Source: Chrysomallon squamiferum (lineage: Eukaryota > Animalia > Mollusca). From it: a stretch of DNA of 64,000 nucleotides. The DNA lies in contig CM022676.1 in NCBI GenBank assembly GCA_012295275.1, forward strand, positions 10,292,001-10,356,000, written 5' to 3'. The notes below the pieces were generated by a model, which was given only the letters and a program-made list of their open reading frames with translations, had not been told where the DNA came from and searched no databases. Position numbers and translations under genes: made by a program. Of the stretch, positions 12,877-28,011 are shown piece after piece; position 1 is the stretch's first letter, and the number at the start of each line of letters is the position of its first letter.

Positions 12877-15869
12877 ATGTTACAAAATAGATCAAAATTG
12901 TATTGTGTTTAAAAAATACATCTTCAATTTCACAATACAAATATTTGTTCTAGTTTTACTCTTTCATTTGTTCATTCTCTCATTCTCGCCATCTTTTTTT
13001 TTTTTTTTTTTTTTTTGTGTTGTTAGTTAGTTAGTCTGTTTTTCTTTCTTCGTCATTTATGCATTTTCATTAATGATTTAAGTTTATTTTGTTTATTTAT
13101 AGTGTATATTCTTTTAAATTTTGTCTTTAGTTTACCTAATTGCTGAAAAGAAACAGTTAGTTAGTTGTTAGAATGTTCTAGAAGTTTATAGAAAAAAAAA
13201 AAAAAAAATGAAATCAGAAAAAAAAAAGAACTCTGCTCAAATACCCAAACACGCTTGTCTTTATAACGAATGCAATGCAGATCCGTCAATTCCGTAATTC
13301 TCCGTGTGTGTCGTCTCGGTAAACATCGACAAATTTCGTAACAACATTTTATAACAAAAAAAAAAGCCGTGAGAGATTTTGCCTCGTTAAATTTCGATAA
13401 TTGTTTTTGTTTGTTTGTTGTCGTTTTGGCGGAGGGTTGTTGTTGTTGTTGTTTGTTTTGTTAAATTAATTTTATTTATGTATATAAATTCAGATGATTT
13501 TCGTTTTATCTTCTTCGATGCACATCGTTAAATTTCGTGACTAGAAAGCAAAATCAGGATATTTCGGCTTAGGATATTCCGGAGAATTTTATATGCTGCG
13601 ACTTTATAATCAGTCTTCGTGATTTCATTTTATATTTTCTTTAATATATTATGAATTCTATTTTTTTTATGTATTTTGTTTATTTATTTATTTAATTATT
13701 TGTTATTACAAATAAATAAATGTACTTTTTTCTAGATTATCCTTTGTTTCTAAATATAAATACTTTCGCGTCCTTCTCGAATATTCTTACTGAAGATGAC
13801 GTCATCGGTAATTTTACTCCATTCAAAATAAAACTATTCTCCTACAAACTACTTTCATTTTTTTTTTTTTTCTGAATCATATGTTACGTATAAACGCTAC
13901 ATACGTTACTTTTCTCTGTTCTACAATTCTCCTTGCAATTTTAATACAAAAAAAAAAAAAAAAAAAAACGGCCGGGATTTGATTTCCTCAAAGGGGTGTG
14001 TGCCTCCATTCTCATGGATATACAATGATGATAATTTTACTAGCATTTCCATAAATAAATATTGAATGAATCTTATACCGACTGGAGCATGGACAAAATA
14101 CGGACATACGAATGTAACAAAAAGATCGAAGCTGGCAATGAAACCCAGTGCACAGTAGGCGGACACGAAACTAATCGACTGCGCTGGCGGACAGACGTTT
14201 TCGACGGACGGACAAAACGGACGGACTAGTGGACGGACGACGGACTGACACGGATACGGACGGACGGATCTGCACATATTGGAAGTGATACAAACGGTAA
14301 CAACTGAAGCTACCCACCTGCTTAAAGGGCATTTGACTGTCTGTGAACTTGAGTTTGATGGTTTTGCATTTGGCGGGAAGGTTGGACTTGGGTGTTCCAT
14401 CGTACACGGCCTTGACGAGTCTGAAATAAAAAAATAAAAAAGAGATGAAGAAAATAAAATACTGAAATAAATAAATAAATAAATAAATAAAATATAAAAA
14501 TAAATAAATAAATAAATAAATAAGATGGCACTGCAAAGAAAAGTCTCTCTTTCCCTCTTTCCCCCTAGTCTTTCTCTTTCCCTCGCTCTCCCCTCCTTTT
14601 CTCTCCCTCCCTCTCCCTCTATTGGCTATTTTTTTTTCGACTGCATTTCAAAAGACCTGTTTAGACATTAAATAATACAACATCAAAAGATCACAAAAGA
14701 TAATTACATAATAAAAAATAAATAAAAAATGACATGTTTGATTCTATCAAACAAAAATATCTTATAAATAAAACATGCATCTTATAGTATAAACATAAAT
14801 ATAATCTACCCCTCCCCTTCTCTCTCTCATACATATATATATATATATAATGTAGGTCTGCGTATGTATGTCATACCCTGCAGATTTCATAAATAAATTA
14901 TTAACAAGGATAACATGGTTGGAACGGTAAAAGACGATACTGATAAATATTAAATAAAATAAATTAAGCTGTTGAAATGTTAGCAACAGAAATTTATGTA
15001 AACAGCAAAATATTACGTAAATAGTAAATGTAAAATCACATACATTGCAGTGGAAAAACTATGTAGTACCCCTATTTCTTGTGCTGTATGACAGTGTATT
15101 TGAAATATGACTGCAATATTGTCATTTTATGTTATGTACGGCAGCTTATGTGAAACGTTACTAAAATACTGCCACTGTGCAATGTACGGCAATTTATGTA
15201 ACGTATGAAGTGTTATGTGAAATGTGATCGTATTATAGATATTTTGTGTAATGTACGACATTTTATGTGGAATATTACTGTGATATAGCCAGCATATAGA
15301 ATAAATGAAATGCGACTATCATACTGCCATTATGTGACTATAATAATGCCATTTTATGGTATGTACGACTTTTTATGTGAAATGTGACTAATATATTGCC
15401 TATTTGTATAACATATGACATTTTGTGTCAAGCGTAACTATTTTAATCTTTCAAAAACATTTATCTGGGTCACAGTAAAAAATGAATATATAAAAAATCT
15501 TAAAACGTGATGTTTTATTTTTCGGAATGCAGTGATGTCTGTATCTTTAAGAGAGGAAAAAAAAGCTGCATGTTCATAAAAATATCTGGTGGAGTGATTC
15601 TAATGTTGTTAATACACGTAATGCAGTCGAGGTAAAACATTACATAGTGAAAGGTAAGACAGGATTTTTTAATTTTATTTTGCAAATACGAAAGTTTCTC
15701 ACAGATCCAGAGACTGGTAAACAAATATATAACCAAGGAAGCAATAAGTTTCATATAGCATGGCTCTTCAGCGTCATTCTTTATGTAATAAAACGTCACA
15801 GTCATATTACGTAAATAACAAGAACACTGATTTATGACGTAATACACGATTCGACGTATAGGGTCACAA

Positions 15870-15947
<78 letters not shown>

Positions 15948-16693
15948 CTTATATCTATCTATCTATCTATCTATCTATCTCTGTATCACCATTCCCAAAA
16001 TATAACTTATTGGTTAACACATTTATACATCGTTCTTGTTCTTATTAAACATCCATATTGATTTGAATAGTGATAACGCACATATGAGTTCTGACGTTTT
16101 ATAGTGAGTATTTCTTTAACATGCTTTTAAATATACCTGGATTAATATTATTCGTATGTTATATTATGGCACTGGTATTTTACTCATCCATTTAAATAAA
16201 ACTGGATATCCTGCCTTATTATTTCTTGTTATTTTATATCATGGCATTGGCATTTCGCCCGAGTATTTCTTTTACATCTGTTTAAATAAATACCAGGACA
16301 TAATGTTATGTTTTATTATAGCATTAGCATTTTGCCTGAGCATGTTTTTAACATCTATTTAAAATATATAACAGCAGTGGCATTTGAAATGCTATTTCTC
16401 AACGATCATGTATGACCTAGGAGTTAAATATACATAAAGTAAAAATGAAAATAATTGCTACCTGACGAGCAAAACTCCACTTCTTAGTCTTTTTTCTACT
16501 TCCAAAGCCCCGGATCCGATGTCTTCGCCAATAAGTTGTTTAATCCAGTTTCTCACTTCAAGTTCGTTTCCGCTGTCGTATTTTGCAGCTACCTGTTACA
16601 AAGAAGAGAGTAGTTATTAATAATCGTGTTTGGAGAAGAGAGGTATGGTGCAAAGAGAGAAAGAGGGACATACAGAAAAAGAAAATGTTATGA

Positions 16694-16745
<52 letters not shown>

Positions 16746-17962
16746 ATGAAGAGAGAGAGACAGAAAGACAGAGAGAGAGAGACAGTAATAAAAATTATTG
16801 GAATGCTCAACTTTGCAAGCTGTAAACATTAAAAGCTTTCGATTTAACTTTTTATAACCCTTTATACATTAATGATAGATGATGGTCTTGCGATATTGCA
16901 CTGTCTTTGAGGTTGTTTAATGTGTACGAAAATATACATTAATGAATGAATGAATTAATATTTGCGAAAGCCTCACTATACTTTTAATATTATAGAGAAT
17001 TATTATTTTTTTGATAAAGAAGGAGTTAAAAAAAAAAAAAAGCATGAAATGTGGAAATGGGCAAACCCAATGTCACCAATGTCACCATTCTTTGACCTAC
17101 TTTTATCAGTTAGCAACAAACATTTTCATACTACGACCTTCCCGTAATCAGTACAGCGGAAACCACGAAATTTATTACATCATTCCTGGAGCATTGGGTG
17201 AAACGGGCAAAAACACACAGAGATATACATACATGCGCACGAGCACGCTCACGCACAAACGCACAAGCGCTGTCTCTCTCCCAAACGCGCATGCGCACAC
17301 GCACACGCACGTGCAGCCAGACTGTTTAAAATCTGCACCTGATGCACTCTTAACAAGGCGGCATCTTTCAAGTACAACAAGTATAAACAATTCGCTAACT
17401 TATCAGCGCCATCTGGCGGACCCAGGAGCTGCTTATCGGGAAGGTGAAAACGAGGCGTGTTATTTCCAGCATCCAGAAGATAAGTTTGCACTGCGCATGT
17501 TTCGTTTCAAGGTAACCATGCTTCTCTCTCATCATGGGAACACGAAAGCAATTGATAGTGCGTAGAAAAACGAAAAGATGGGTTTGTTCTAAAACACAAC
17601 ATTTTTTTACTTGTGTTAATCTAGAAAATGTGTTTTAAAACATGTACGACATAAGTTTTATATCCATAGGTTATAAGAAGTTATAATTATATCAATATTA
17701 ATAAATAAAATTAAAAATTAAAAAAAAAAAAAAACAAAAATAAAAACAAGAAAAACCCTAGTGTGTGTGTTTGTGTGTGTGTGTACACATACATATATTT
17801 ACAAATATATATATAATGATAATACAATAAAATAAATAAAATATTAAAGAAACATGCGCCCATTTTTTTCTTTCTGTCCATCTTCATCATCTCTAAAATT
17901 AAAAATATTTTTCAAACATTTTTCCCGTATTCTCGACTAATAAAAAAAAAATTCATAACTTC

Positions 17963-17999
<37 letters not shown>

Positions 18000-19469
18000 A
18001 TCTGTTTACATTTATGATTCTTAACGTCATTACGATGTTCATAAGGTAGAAAAAAGAATTATCTAAACTTGGCATATTTTTAAACTCACTTTGTCCGTCT
18101 GTCTGGCTGACTTTTTAAATCTATCTACCATTCTATCGTTCTGTCAGAATTTCCGTTTGTCGCTTTCAATCAGTGAGAAGCTTATATAATTTTTATTAGA
18201 CTTTTATTTTCCCCGTTTCTTTTGAACGTACACAAAGAATGATATTATCTATACCAGACTCCGCTATTACCACAACCGATAAACGTTACTGACAAGCACG
18301 TGCAGAAGGAGCAGCAAAGATTTATGGGGGAATTTACAGAACACAAATTTTACAAGGAATTTTTAATATAGCGCTCACTGCTTTTGAACGAAAGCAAGGT
18401 TAAGTTGGTAAATAATTAATGTTTAAATAAATAAATAAATAAAAATAAATAAATAATTATTTATTAAACTAATGAATAAATAAATAAATAATTTATCAGT
18501 AAATCTATAAATAAATAAATAAAATAAATAAAATATAAATTAAATTAAACTTAATGAATAAATAAATAATTTATCAATAAATGTAAAAATAAATAAATAA
18601 TTTTAAACAATAAATAAATAAATAAATTATTTAAATAAATAAATAAATAAATAAATAAACAAAATAAAAAATAAATTCAAAATAAATAAATAAATAAACA
18701 AATAAATAAGCAAACACAAAAAATATGTTCAAAATTAAAACATCAATCCGCCATTTTAAAAGATCAGAAATAATCATAAAACCTTTTCAGAAATTCAAAA
18801 CTTGACGTTCCTTCCGCATGTTAACGAGAGCAGCTGGCCTTCGTCTATTTTCGTAAGACAGTAAAACACGCGCCGCTATCGGGAAAACACGAACTGCGGC
18901 TGCCGTCTGCAGGTAACCCGATCTTTGCCGAGTGAAACTTTTGGCACGCTTCAACTTTCAACCATCCGGGTGATTAATGTTTCAGCATCGCCGACTTGTC
19001 TGTCTTCGAGGACGAGCTATTTATAGATTTATAGGGTGACCAGTCCGCGGAGGCTGAATACTTTTATTAACGATTGCGATGCGTAATTGTATATTGGTCA
19101 TTTTATGCACAATATTCGTACAGAGAGATAATATATTGCTTGTTGGTTCAAATATACATGTTGGTTTATATATATAAAGATTATGATAACTAATTTTATG
19201 GTTCCATTATTGCTTATACCTCCTTCTTTATGAGAAATGGGGAAGGTTTTTTTTTTATTTTTTTTTGTGGGTGAACAAATGAATTAAATATTTTGAAAGG
19301 AGGAACATTGAAGTTCGAGTGACTGTTGATGTTATAGAAAATGAGGCCTTCTTTAGATATATATTTAAAATTTATGATTTAAATTTTCTGCAGTTTGAAA
19401 GAATTGTTGTTTTTTTAAATATTATTAATTCACTGTAACTTTTATCGTACAGTATATATTGGACGACGA

Positions 19470-19502
<33 letters not shown>

Positions 19503-21217
19503 GTTATTATTGTTATTATATAAACACGTGTTATGTGTCTGGTTATATGTCTTTGTATGCAACATGTGCATAAACTATATATAACTAAGTATTAGTGTGA
19601 ATGCGATGTTTTCATATTGTCTTGTTAAATTTCTCTCCCTCTCTCTGTGTATACGTGTGCGCGCACACGTGAGTTTAATTTTTCCAGTAAAAATATTTAA
19701 AAAAAAAAATAGGGCACTGTTTGCTCATCCAAACAGGCAGTCTATATTCAGAAATTTTCTGTAAGGTAATAAAAACCCCCAAATCTCTGCAGCTAGAATC
19801 TCTTACATCACCCACTTGCAGGTAGCTTTGAAATAATTACCACAAGGAATGCTGGGAATTTTCAAATCTCGCCGCACGTGTTCTCTGTCCGTCTGTTACG
19901 AGAGAACGACGGAAACTGCCGAAGCGTTAACGCCGTTATTTCCGCCTGTTAATTTCTTCACCTACGAAAATTCACGAGGCGGTGAAGTAACCAGTTTCAC
20001 ACTTAACAGCCAAACCTGGGTGTTATCCAAGTGTTGCTGTTTGATGTACTGCCATAGATGTTGATGAAGTCGGCTAGGATGGTGTTAACGATAACGGTCT
20101 TGATGATGATGATGATGATGATGATGATATGATGACCACGACGATTGGAATTGTGGATATAATTATGTTGGAGTGCCTGTCTGTGTGTGTCCGTGTGTGT
20201 GTGTATGTGTGTGCGCGCGTATTTCAAAATAAACAAAATTGTATATGATTAAGCAGAAACAATTTATAAACAAATCTGAAAATTTTTCTCTTCCATTCCA
20301 TTCCATTTCTTCTTTCTTTCTTATCTGAAATCGACAGGCCTGATATTCTCCAAGTACCTGTCTGTCTGTCTATCTGTCTATCCATCGGCCTGTCTGTTAG
20401 ATTCAACAGAACAAATGTTTACTTACGCTGTTTTATATTGGCTGATATTTAAAATGGGAACAACATGAACAAAAAAAATGAATTTACATCTCCACGTGTC
20501 TAATACTTTCAGAGATTTTTCTCTAAAGCATCCTGCAATCTCGACGGATGCTCTAAAAATAGACTCGCCCTCTCCCACCTGCACGTGCATGTAAATTTAC
20601 ATACCTGCTGCTTTAAAGGTATTTTGAACGAAACACTGAAAATTAATTAATTCTGCTCGCTTATTTCGCCTCCATAAAATTAAAAACAGAAACTGAAAGA
20701 TTTATTAATACTGAACTTTAAAAAAAAAGATAAAAGATAAAATAAAAATTAACAGAAAATAATTTTGACTTAAAAAAAAAAAAAAATTATTATTTTTTAA
20801 TTTGATTTAATTTGATTTTATTATTATTATTAGTTTTTTAATTCAGGTTTATTTTATTTGGTTGTTACTTCTTTTTTTTTTCTTCTCTTATTTGTAAAGC
20901 AATAATTTGCTGGTTATTTGAAAAATATTTGATTGCACATTTTTTTTTTTTTTTTTTTTTGGGGGGGTATGGCTGGAAATGAGCCAAATTTCTCTTCATC
21001 TCAAAAAGTAAAAGAATTTGTGGAAAGATTGATCGTTATTCTGCCAAAAGCTGCCATACACTATTTATAGAATGTCGAAATAAAAATCTTTACATTTAAT
21101 TTTTAACATTTATCTCATTTTTTTTAACATATATTATATACAAAATTCTTTCACGTCTTTATTTTATTTAAACCGATTTTTAAAATTATTATTTTTTAAC
21201 CTTTCTTTACTTGCTGC

Positions 21218-21251
<34 letters not shown>

Positions 21252-22351
21252 CTGTTATCTGTTTTATCAGACTACTAAAAACTACAGAATAAATGCATCA
21301 AGGAACATACGCTGTAAAAACTAAAATATTAAAAATGCACTTTGAAACGAAGTTTTGAAAACAATCTTACAAATTTCGAGTACGATAAAACGCGTCTATT
21401 TTGAACTGAAAGGTGTGACGCGGAGGTCAAAGGTCGAGCTAGTTATGTTCTGCACAGATAAGGATTTACTCGTTATTCAGTTCAAGTCCCGCCCAAACAG
21501 GCAAACAGGCTTTTCTCCATTCTACCCACCATTTCAAACTACTCTACAAATTCACGTTTATGAACATGTGGTTGTCGAGTTTTTATTTTTATTTTTCGTT
21601 CTATCTTTTTTTATTATTATTTTCTTTTCTTTTTTTTTTTCTTATTTTCAGCAAATGTTTTCCTTAATTTTATTATTATTTTCTGTCTTTAAATTTATTT
21701 TAATTTTATTTTAATTTTATTATATTTATTTTTGCTATTATTTTTTTTTTAATTCTCTTTCGACATTTTTTCCTTTTTCCTTTTTTTTTTAACCTTTCTT
21801 TTCTATTTCTTTCTTTTAATTTTTTCTAGTTTCTTTTTTCTTTTTCTCTTCCTTGTTTCTTTTCAATTTATAAATCAACCTTTCTTGCTTATTAAGGTAA
21901 CTTAATCGTGATTGTTTCCAAACACACACACATTGGAAAAAAAACAACACATTTCATACAGATTACGGAACAAATGGCTATTACCGCGCGCTAACATATA
22001 CAAAAGTTAATATTTTCAATTCTTTTATCAGCAGGTTACAGCTGGCTTTAACAGTCTATTCGCCGGAGAATTCCTACAAAATATTCACACACCGAACACT
22101 GCTGGAAATTCGAGAATGTCAAAAGGCAGGAACAATATTTTTCACTCTCTCGCAAATGCCGTATCTCCAAAACCTCTCACACAAGACTTTACACCAAGGA
22201 GCTCACAGGACGGAGAGAAAAAAAAAAAAAAAAATGTTTCTTCTACTAAAAAAAAAAAAAAAAAAAAAAAAAAGACTTCAATACGTATTTCTGTACTTAC
22301 CTTAGAGGCGTGAGCTCTCATATCGCCCGAGGGTGCGGCACGTTCGGCCAT
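4361..22351 (-). CDS. CNN: Calponin (CH domain + 7 calponin-like repeats), spliced gene, 436 aa; join(22301-22351,16462-16592,14318-14420,6446-6583,4361-5248)
   Basis: Five exons with GT-AG introns and compatible phases (51+131+103+138+888=1311 nt). Translation: MAERAAPSGDMRAHASK/VAAKYDSGNELEVRNWIKQLIGED..LRSGVLLVR/LVKAV..PFKQ/MENIEIFLKGAEAYGVPSNSLFQTNDLYEGRNMAMVISTILQLGTE/AQRHGFTGPTCGPKPSEKQEYHFTEEQLRAG followed by IGLQAGSNKGASQAGM repeats. These are hallmark calponin/transgelin motifs. The symbol is family-level only. Confidence 0.96.
6446..6583 (-). CDS. CNN: Calponin coding exon 4 (C-terminal CH domain)
   Basis: TTTTTAG|ATG acceptor, GAG|GTACGT donor; MENIEIFLKGAEAYGVPSNSLFQTNDLYEGRNMAMVISTILQLGTE. 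Confidence 0.96.
14318..14420 (-). CDS. CNN: Calponin coding exon 3
   Basis: TTTCAG| acceptor, CAG|GTGGGT donor; phase 2 in, phase 0 out; RLVKAVYDGTPKSNLPAKCKTIKLKFTDSQMPFKQ ends in the conserved FKQ that joins MENI. Confidence 0.92.
16462..16592 (-). CDS. CNN: Calponin coding exon 2 (start of CH domain)
   Basis: TAACAG| acceptor and AG|GTAGCA donor; VAAKYDSGNELEVRNWIKQLIGEDIGSGALEVEKRLRSGVLLV matches the CH pattern KYD..E...WI and L.SG..L. Confidence 0.93.
17404..17419 (-). promoter_or_regulatory. CTCF-type motif CCGCCAGATGGCGCTG in calponin intron 1
   Basis: Close match to the bilaterian CTCF core CC(A/G)(C/G)(C/T)AG(A/G)(G/T)GGC(A/G)(C/G); lies in a CpG-rich patch that also has a GCGCATGCGC (NRF1-type) palindrome at about 17287-17296. 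Confidence 0.55.
22301..22351 (-). CDS. CNN: Calponin coding exon 1 (MAERAAPSGDMRAHASK)
   Basis: ATG in ACAACAATGG context; ends AAG|GTAAGT (strong donor, phase 0); resembles calponin/transgelin N-termini. Confidence 0.88.
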
Positions 22352-22539
22352 TGTTGTCTTGTACGGTTGACTGGGTGGAAAGAGAGAGAAAAAACAGAAA
22401 CCTGCAACTAAACGATCTCGCTAAAGGGACTGGTTTGAAAACTGGGAGCACCGAGATGGTCGGATATACGTAAAGTCCACACAGCAGAAGACAGAAGCAG
22501 ACGCCGACAGAACGAGCGTAAATGAGGCAAGTTGAAGGG

Positions 22540-22610
22540 CCTATCGGGTTTCAGCTTCTGCATGCTTTCGCCTTATATGTCTAACCGCGCGGTCACGTGA
22601 CTCCCGCTAT
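22540..22610 (-). promoter_or_regulatory. Candidate calponin proximal promoter: CArG-like/TATA-like ACATATAAGG plus palindromic E-box GTCACGTGAC
   Basis: CCTTATATGT at 22571-22580 (one mismatch to CC(A/T)6GG) and GTCACGTGAC at 22592-22601 in a locally CpG-rich patch about 220-250 bp upstream of the ATG. Confidence 0.45.
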
Positions 22611-22655
22611 CTCTTCCCTTCCGCGATGGTTTTGGAAGGACTTTTTTTTTTGTTT

Positions 22656-22690
<35 letters not shown>

Positions 22691-23474
22691 GATTGAAGAG
22701 ACATCGCGGTTACAACTGAGAAAGGAATTTACAAGAAGCGAGTTCAGGAGGAAATGTTTGCTATATGATGTGTTTCGGAACCAGTTTCGGTGGCTCCTTG
22801 AGTAAACACACAGCCCATAATGTTTATCTGTGTTGGTACACCCACGTAACATAAATTTATTTTGATTACGTCATAGTTACTTTTCTTTTATTTTAATTTT
22901 TCCTTTTACATTTTTATTATTATTATTTTTTTAATATTTTTTTTTTTTTTTAAATGTCAGCTATCAAAACTTTGTTAATAACAAAGTACAACCAAGAAAT
23001 ATAAAAACATTTCGAATACTGGAAAATTATGGGAGTCTGGTTACTCGCGATCAAACTTTTCTAATAACAAAGTATATCCAGGTAGTATAAATTCATACCG
23101 AGTAGGAAGTTATTGTGTTAATACCCTCAAAGTTTACTACTAATAAAAGTATTTCCATTATAATATAAATTTATTTTGATTACTTCTAAATTTATTCTGT
23201 TAATACCCTAAAACGTTACTAATAACTATGTATACCAATAAAATAACAAATTCACAGCAGTTTCAAAGGTTATTATTTGAATGACATGTGGACCGAACTT
23301 TGCTAATAACATAACAACAAAACAGCACAAATGGTGATAAATGGAAGCTGGCTTTTTCCTTGATTGTGTAAATATTTCAAGGTATCTCTAAACACCGTAA
23401 ATACAGTTATTATTTTAATTAACCAAAGTATAAAAGAAAAATAAAGATGCATTAAAACTTAAAATATTTACTGC

Positions 23475-23507
<33 letters not shown>

Positions 23508-23572
23508 CGGTCTTTGAAATTTTTATTTTCCAATTTACAAAACAGACGATATAGATTTTTTTTTTTCTTGCC

Positions 23573-23617
<45 letters not shown>

Positions 23618-24030
23618 TATCTTTATAGTTATTATATATGTCGAATTTTTAAATTTAAAAATAACATATTAATTAATTAATTAACATATTCTTAATATAA
23701 ACAATATATATATATATAAAAAAAAAAAAATTTAATACGAATTTATAAGAAATTAATGTTTTACCTTTTCTGTTCTTCCACTCTGACTTAGTAAATTAAT
23801 AGTTCGTAGCAAGCTTCCATAATTCAACATTTAGTTCAGTACGACAGAAAAGTAACTATAATGTAATTCATAAACGTCTGCTGCATTCACTGCACGTGCA
23901 ACTCGTGCAAAATTTTTAAATCACATTTCAGTTGCTATAGCGACTGGTCAGTTTCAAGTGACTGCTTTGACAATGTGGCCAAGAAACATTTTAACCTAGC
24001 CTCGTATAAAACTGTGGATAAATGTTTTCG

Positions 24031-24080
<50 letters not shown>

Positions 24081-24246
24081 CGCACAATGAAAATTTATTC
24101 ATAACGGAAAAGTATGAAAAATTTGAAGATCTTGTGAACGCATCACAAAACAATTGCAACGCACGCACGAATAAAATTTTCAGTATGGGGCTGGGTTTTG
24201 AGAACTGTTGATGAATTAAAGTTAACTTGGTATATATATACACACC

Positions 24247-24369
<123 letters not shown>

Positions 24370-25574
24370 CATTCGTAAATATTTGTAAAATGATTCAATA
24401 ACTTGCTAGTAATTTTCAGGTACTCCCGAATAATTCTAGATTTCGCAAAATATTTAGAAGCTTTCTGCTGTTGGAAACGTTTTATGAATCTTACTTACAA
24501 CAGAGAAAGTTAATGAGCACATTAGCTATCACTAGAAGTTGACCCCGGAATGCTAAATCAAAGAAAGTTACGAAATAAATGAATGACGTCATACTATTGT
24601 TTATATACGTTGTGAACGTGTGAAAGTTCTATTCATAATGATTAGTGAAGGTATGATGCACCTTATATTAATAGTTTGTTGTTGTTGTTGCTTATTGTTG
24701 TTGTTGTTGTTGTTGTTGTTATTATTATTATTATTATATTTGCTATATTTATTATTATCTTGTAGTAATTGCGATTATTGTTTTGCTGTTACTATTATTA
24801 GTAGTATTATTGTTATTATTAAAAATAAAGAAAATTTTTATTTACGGTAAACATTTTTACAGAATAATATTGTTTATTCATTTTTCTTTAGAATGGAAAT
24901 TCATAAATCAAAATCAATAAACCAATATAAAATACAACCAGTCAAACGTGAGTTATCTAACTTACCACACGTAACACGTCACAGCATTCGTGACGCAATA
25001 TTACTTTACTTCACACGTTAGCGATTTATCATTACGCATTTCTACTTATCGTTGTAATATATTTATCTGCTGACTCTGAAAGCAGTTTCGACAAATTGCT
25101 AAACAAATCCAAGCACGCCAGTTCGCACGTACAAATCTGGCGTCGCGTTACACTGAGCCTTGTTTACGCGGAAGGCAAATTCGTACCATAACGAACTTGG
25201 CACTAAGTCTGGAGGCAACCTGAAGTGAAAGCGATGCAACTAACCACTGACATACATTTGTCCTGTTTTATAACTTGCAATATCTCTCTTCTCTGGTGGT
25301 GCTCGCAAATCACCGGTAATAACAGCAAAGAAACAAATACGGTTAAAAAGGTGAAGATCTGTTTAGAAGACAAACATATAGTCTGCTGAATATTGACTTT
25401 AAGGAGGAATTAATTATACCCCCTACTGACGCATTCGCGTATTGGCGCGTGTCCCCCCTCTTCTCTGCCTGTGTCACACACACACAGAGAGAAAAAAGAG
25501 ACACACACACACACACACACACTCACATATACATACATGTTAATAAAATAATGAAAACACTTTCAAACATACAT

Positions 25575-25812
25575 ATTCCGAAGGTGTATGTAATAAATAA
25601 TGTAACCGAAAACAATCGATGATCAAATTTCAAGTCTGCTTCACGAAATGTGCAAAAAAGTAACTGAATCAACCACTGAACGATATATATATATATATAT
25701 AAATAATGGTTTGCATTTTAACATTTCAGTTTATGAAATAAAATTTGTTTCATTTAAAAAAATAAGTTTTCATAACAATTCAGGTTCGGTTACATCTGGG
25801 CCACCCTGTATA
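25575..25812. mobile_element. Possible Tc1/mariner-derived MITE remnant
   Basis: The right end reads TACAGGGTGGCCCAG on the minus strand (TA-CAG terminus typical of Tc1/mariner); 11-bp inverted repeat ATGTAACCGAA (25600-25610) / TTCGGTTACAT (25785-25795); the left terminus does not match well. Confidence 0.4.
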
Positions 25813-26242
25813 TATACCTTGTATTAACAAGCTCAGTTTAATTATTTATATTAAAAAATTTTTTGTTGTTGTTATTGCTGCTGCTGTCGTTGTTGTCGTT
25901 GTGGAAGATGCTGCTGTTATTGTTTCATATCTGCAGTTGTTGTTACTGGTGTTGCTGCAGTTGTTCTTCAGCTGCTGCTATTTTTGAATTTTTTTATTAT
26001 GTTGTTGCTGTCGTTGTTGCGATTGATTCTTCATTATCATCAGCTAGTTGTTGTTGTTCTTCTTCTTTTTGTAATAATAATTATTGTTACTGCTGCATAA
26101 GAATCAGTATTAACTTTAAACTGTGCATCATTATGTGATACGCTTTAATAACTGGCAAATGTATCTGATAATTGATGCAAATGATACTGAACCAGTCTAA
26201 GCTCGAGAGTCGATGTTCTGTTAATAGGTATATGATATTTAA

Positions 26243-26359
<117 letters not shown>

Positions 26360-26675
26360 ACTGTCGAGTAAAAATACCACACATATATAACAATCTGAAC
26401 AAAACGTACTACAAGCATATATAGAAACACAAACACATGCATGCTCGGTGTAATTAATATACGTTATTACTGTTGCCAGGAACGATATTTCCTGCCAAGA
26501 AGAAAACTAATCCGATTAAAAATACATCTTCTTTGTCTTCTTTTTTCTTTCTTTCCTTTTTTTGTTGTTGTTGTTGTTGTTGTTGCCTATTTGGCTTAGT
26601 GGCAACAATAATAATAATAAACGACGGTGATGTTTATGATGATGAAGATGGATTTGTTCTTTTGTTTGTTTTATT

Positions 26676-26719
<44 letters not shown>

Positions 26720-26770
26720 TTATTTTTTATTATTTATTTATGTTTTTATTTATTTATTTATTTATTATTT

Positions 26771-26801
<31 letters not shown>

Positions 26802-27380
26802 CATTCATTTTAATAGTATCTGTATTTTTAAATTCTATTTTGTTTCATAAATTCTTTAACCATTTACTTAAACACAATCTGTTTAAAATTAATAATTTTA
26901 ATTACCAAGTCAGTTCCATTTTCGCGCCTATATTAATCTTTAGTTTTATAATTCTGCATCCAAAAATAGAGTTCAATAAACTGACGAAGAAGAAAAAAGT
27001 GATGACACAAACATAGTTTACTTAAGTCATGGCGTTCTCGGTTTATCTAATCCTTCACCGATGCTAATTTCATTCCGAAGTTTAACACTTTTCGCCACTT
27101 CTAAAAATAACCTTGAATGGGAAGCGTTCCAAAAATAAAGTTAAACGTCTGCTTATGTCACTCTTTTTAACTCACAAAAAAAAAAAAAAGAAGTGTGAAT
27201 GGTTTGTTCCTTTTTGACATTGGTTTTGTGAAGAAAAAAAAATTTTATTTCTGTTGTTTTGTTTTTGTTTTTGTTCGTTTGTTTTTAATTAATTAATTAA
27301 TTTATTTATCTCTATTTATTTATTTATTTTGTTTTGTTTTGTATTGTTTTATTTTATTTTATTTATGCTTATTATTATGC

Positions 27381-27427
<47 letters not shown>

Positions 27428-27631
27428 TTGTCTTTTTAATTTGATTTTTGATCAAATTGTTTAGCTGTAACGTCATCAGTAATTATTAGTAACACAAATG
27501 ACATACGTATTAACATTATATTCAAATATTTGTGTTTTCTTTATTATACAAACATACCAGTATATGTGCATACGTATCTGTCTAATTGTATATCTACCTA
27601 CTATTGTTTTTCTTTAGAGATATCTACCTAT

Positions 27632-27687
<56 letters not shown>

Positions 27688-27920
27688 ACGTAGCTATATG
27701 CACATACATACATAAATCATACATACGTACGTACGGACATATACATTAACAAACATTTAGACAGATACAGAAAAAGAAATAAAATAATGATAAACATTAT
27801 ACTGGGATTTATTTAACATTTATGGTATAACCTACACATCATTAATAATGTCAATAATAAATATACTTAATATTCACTATCACATAATAATTTATTATTT
27901 ACAGATACATACACAATCAC

Positions 27921-28011
<91 letters not shown>

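Noticed and set aside
13921-14400. 159-aa minus-strand ORF overlapping calponin exon 3
   Set aside because: Wrong frame relative to the CH domain and extended by a TCCG/GGAC repeat.
17011-17565. 184-aa plus-strand ORF in calponin intron 1
   Set aside because: Non-ATG start, includes A-runs and CA-repeat translation, no recognisable domain; the GC-rich part is better explained as regulatory sequence.
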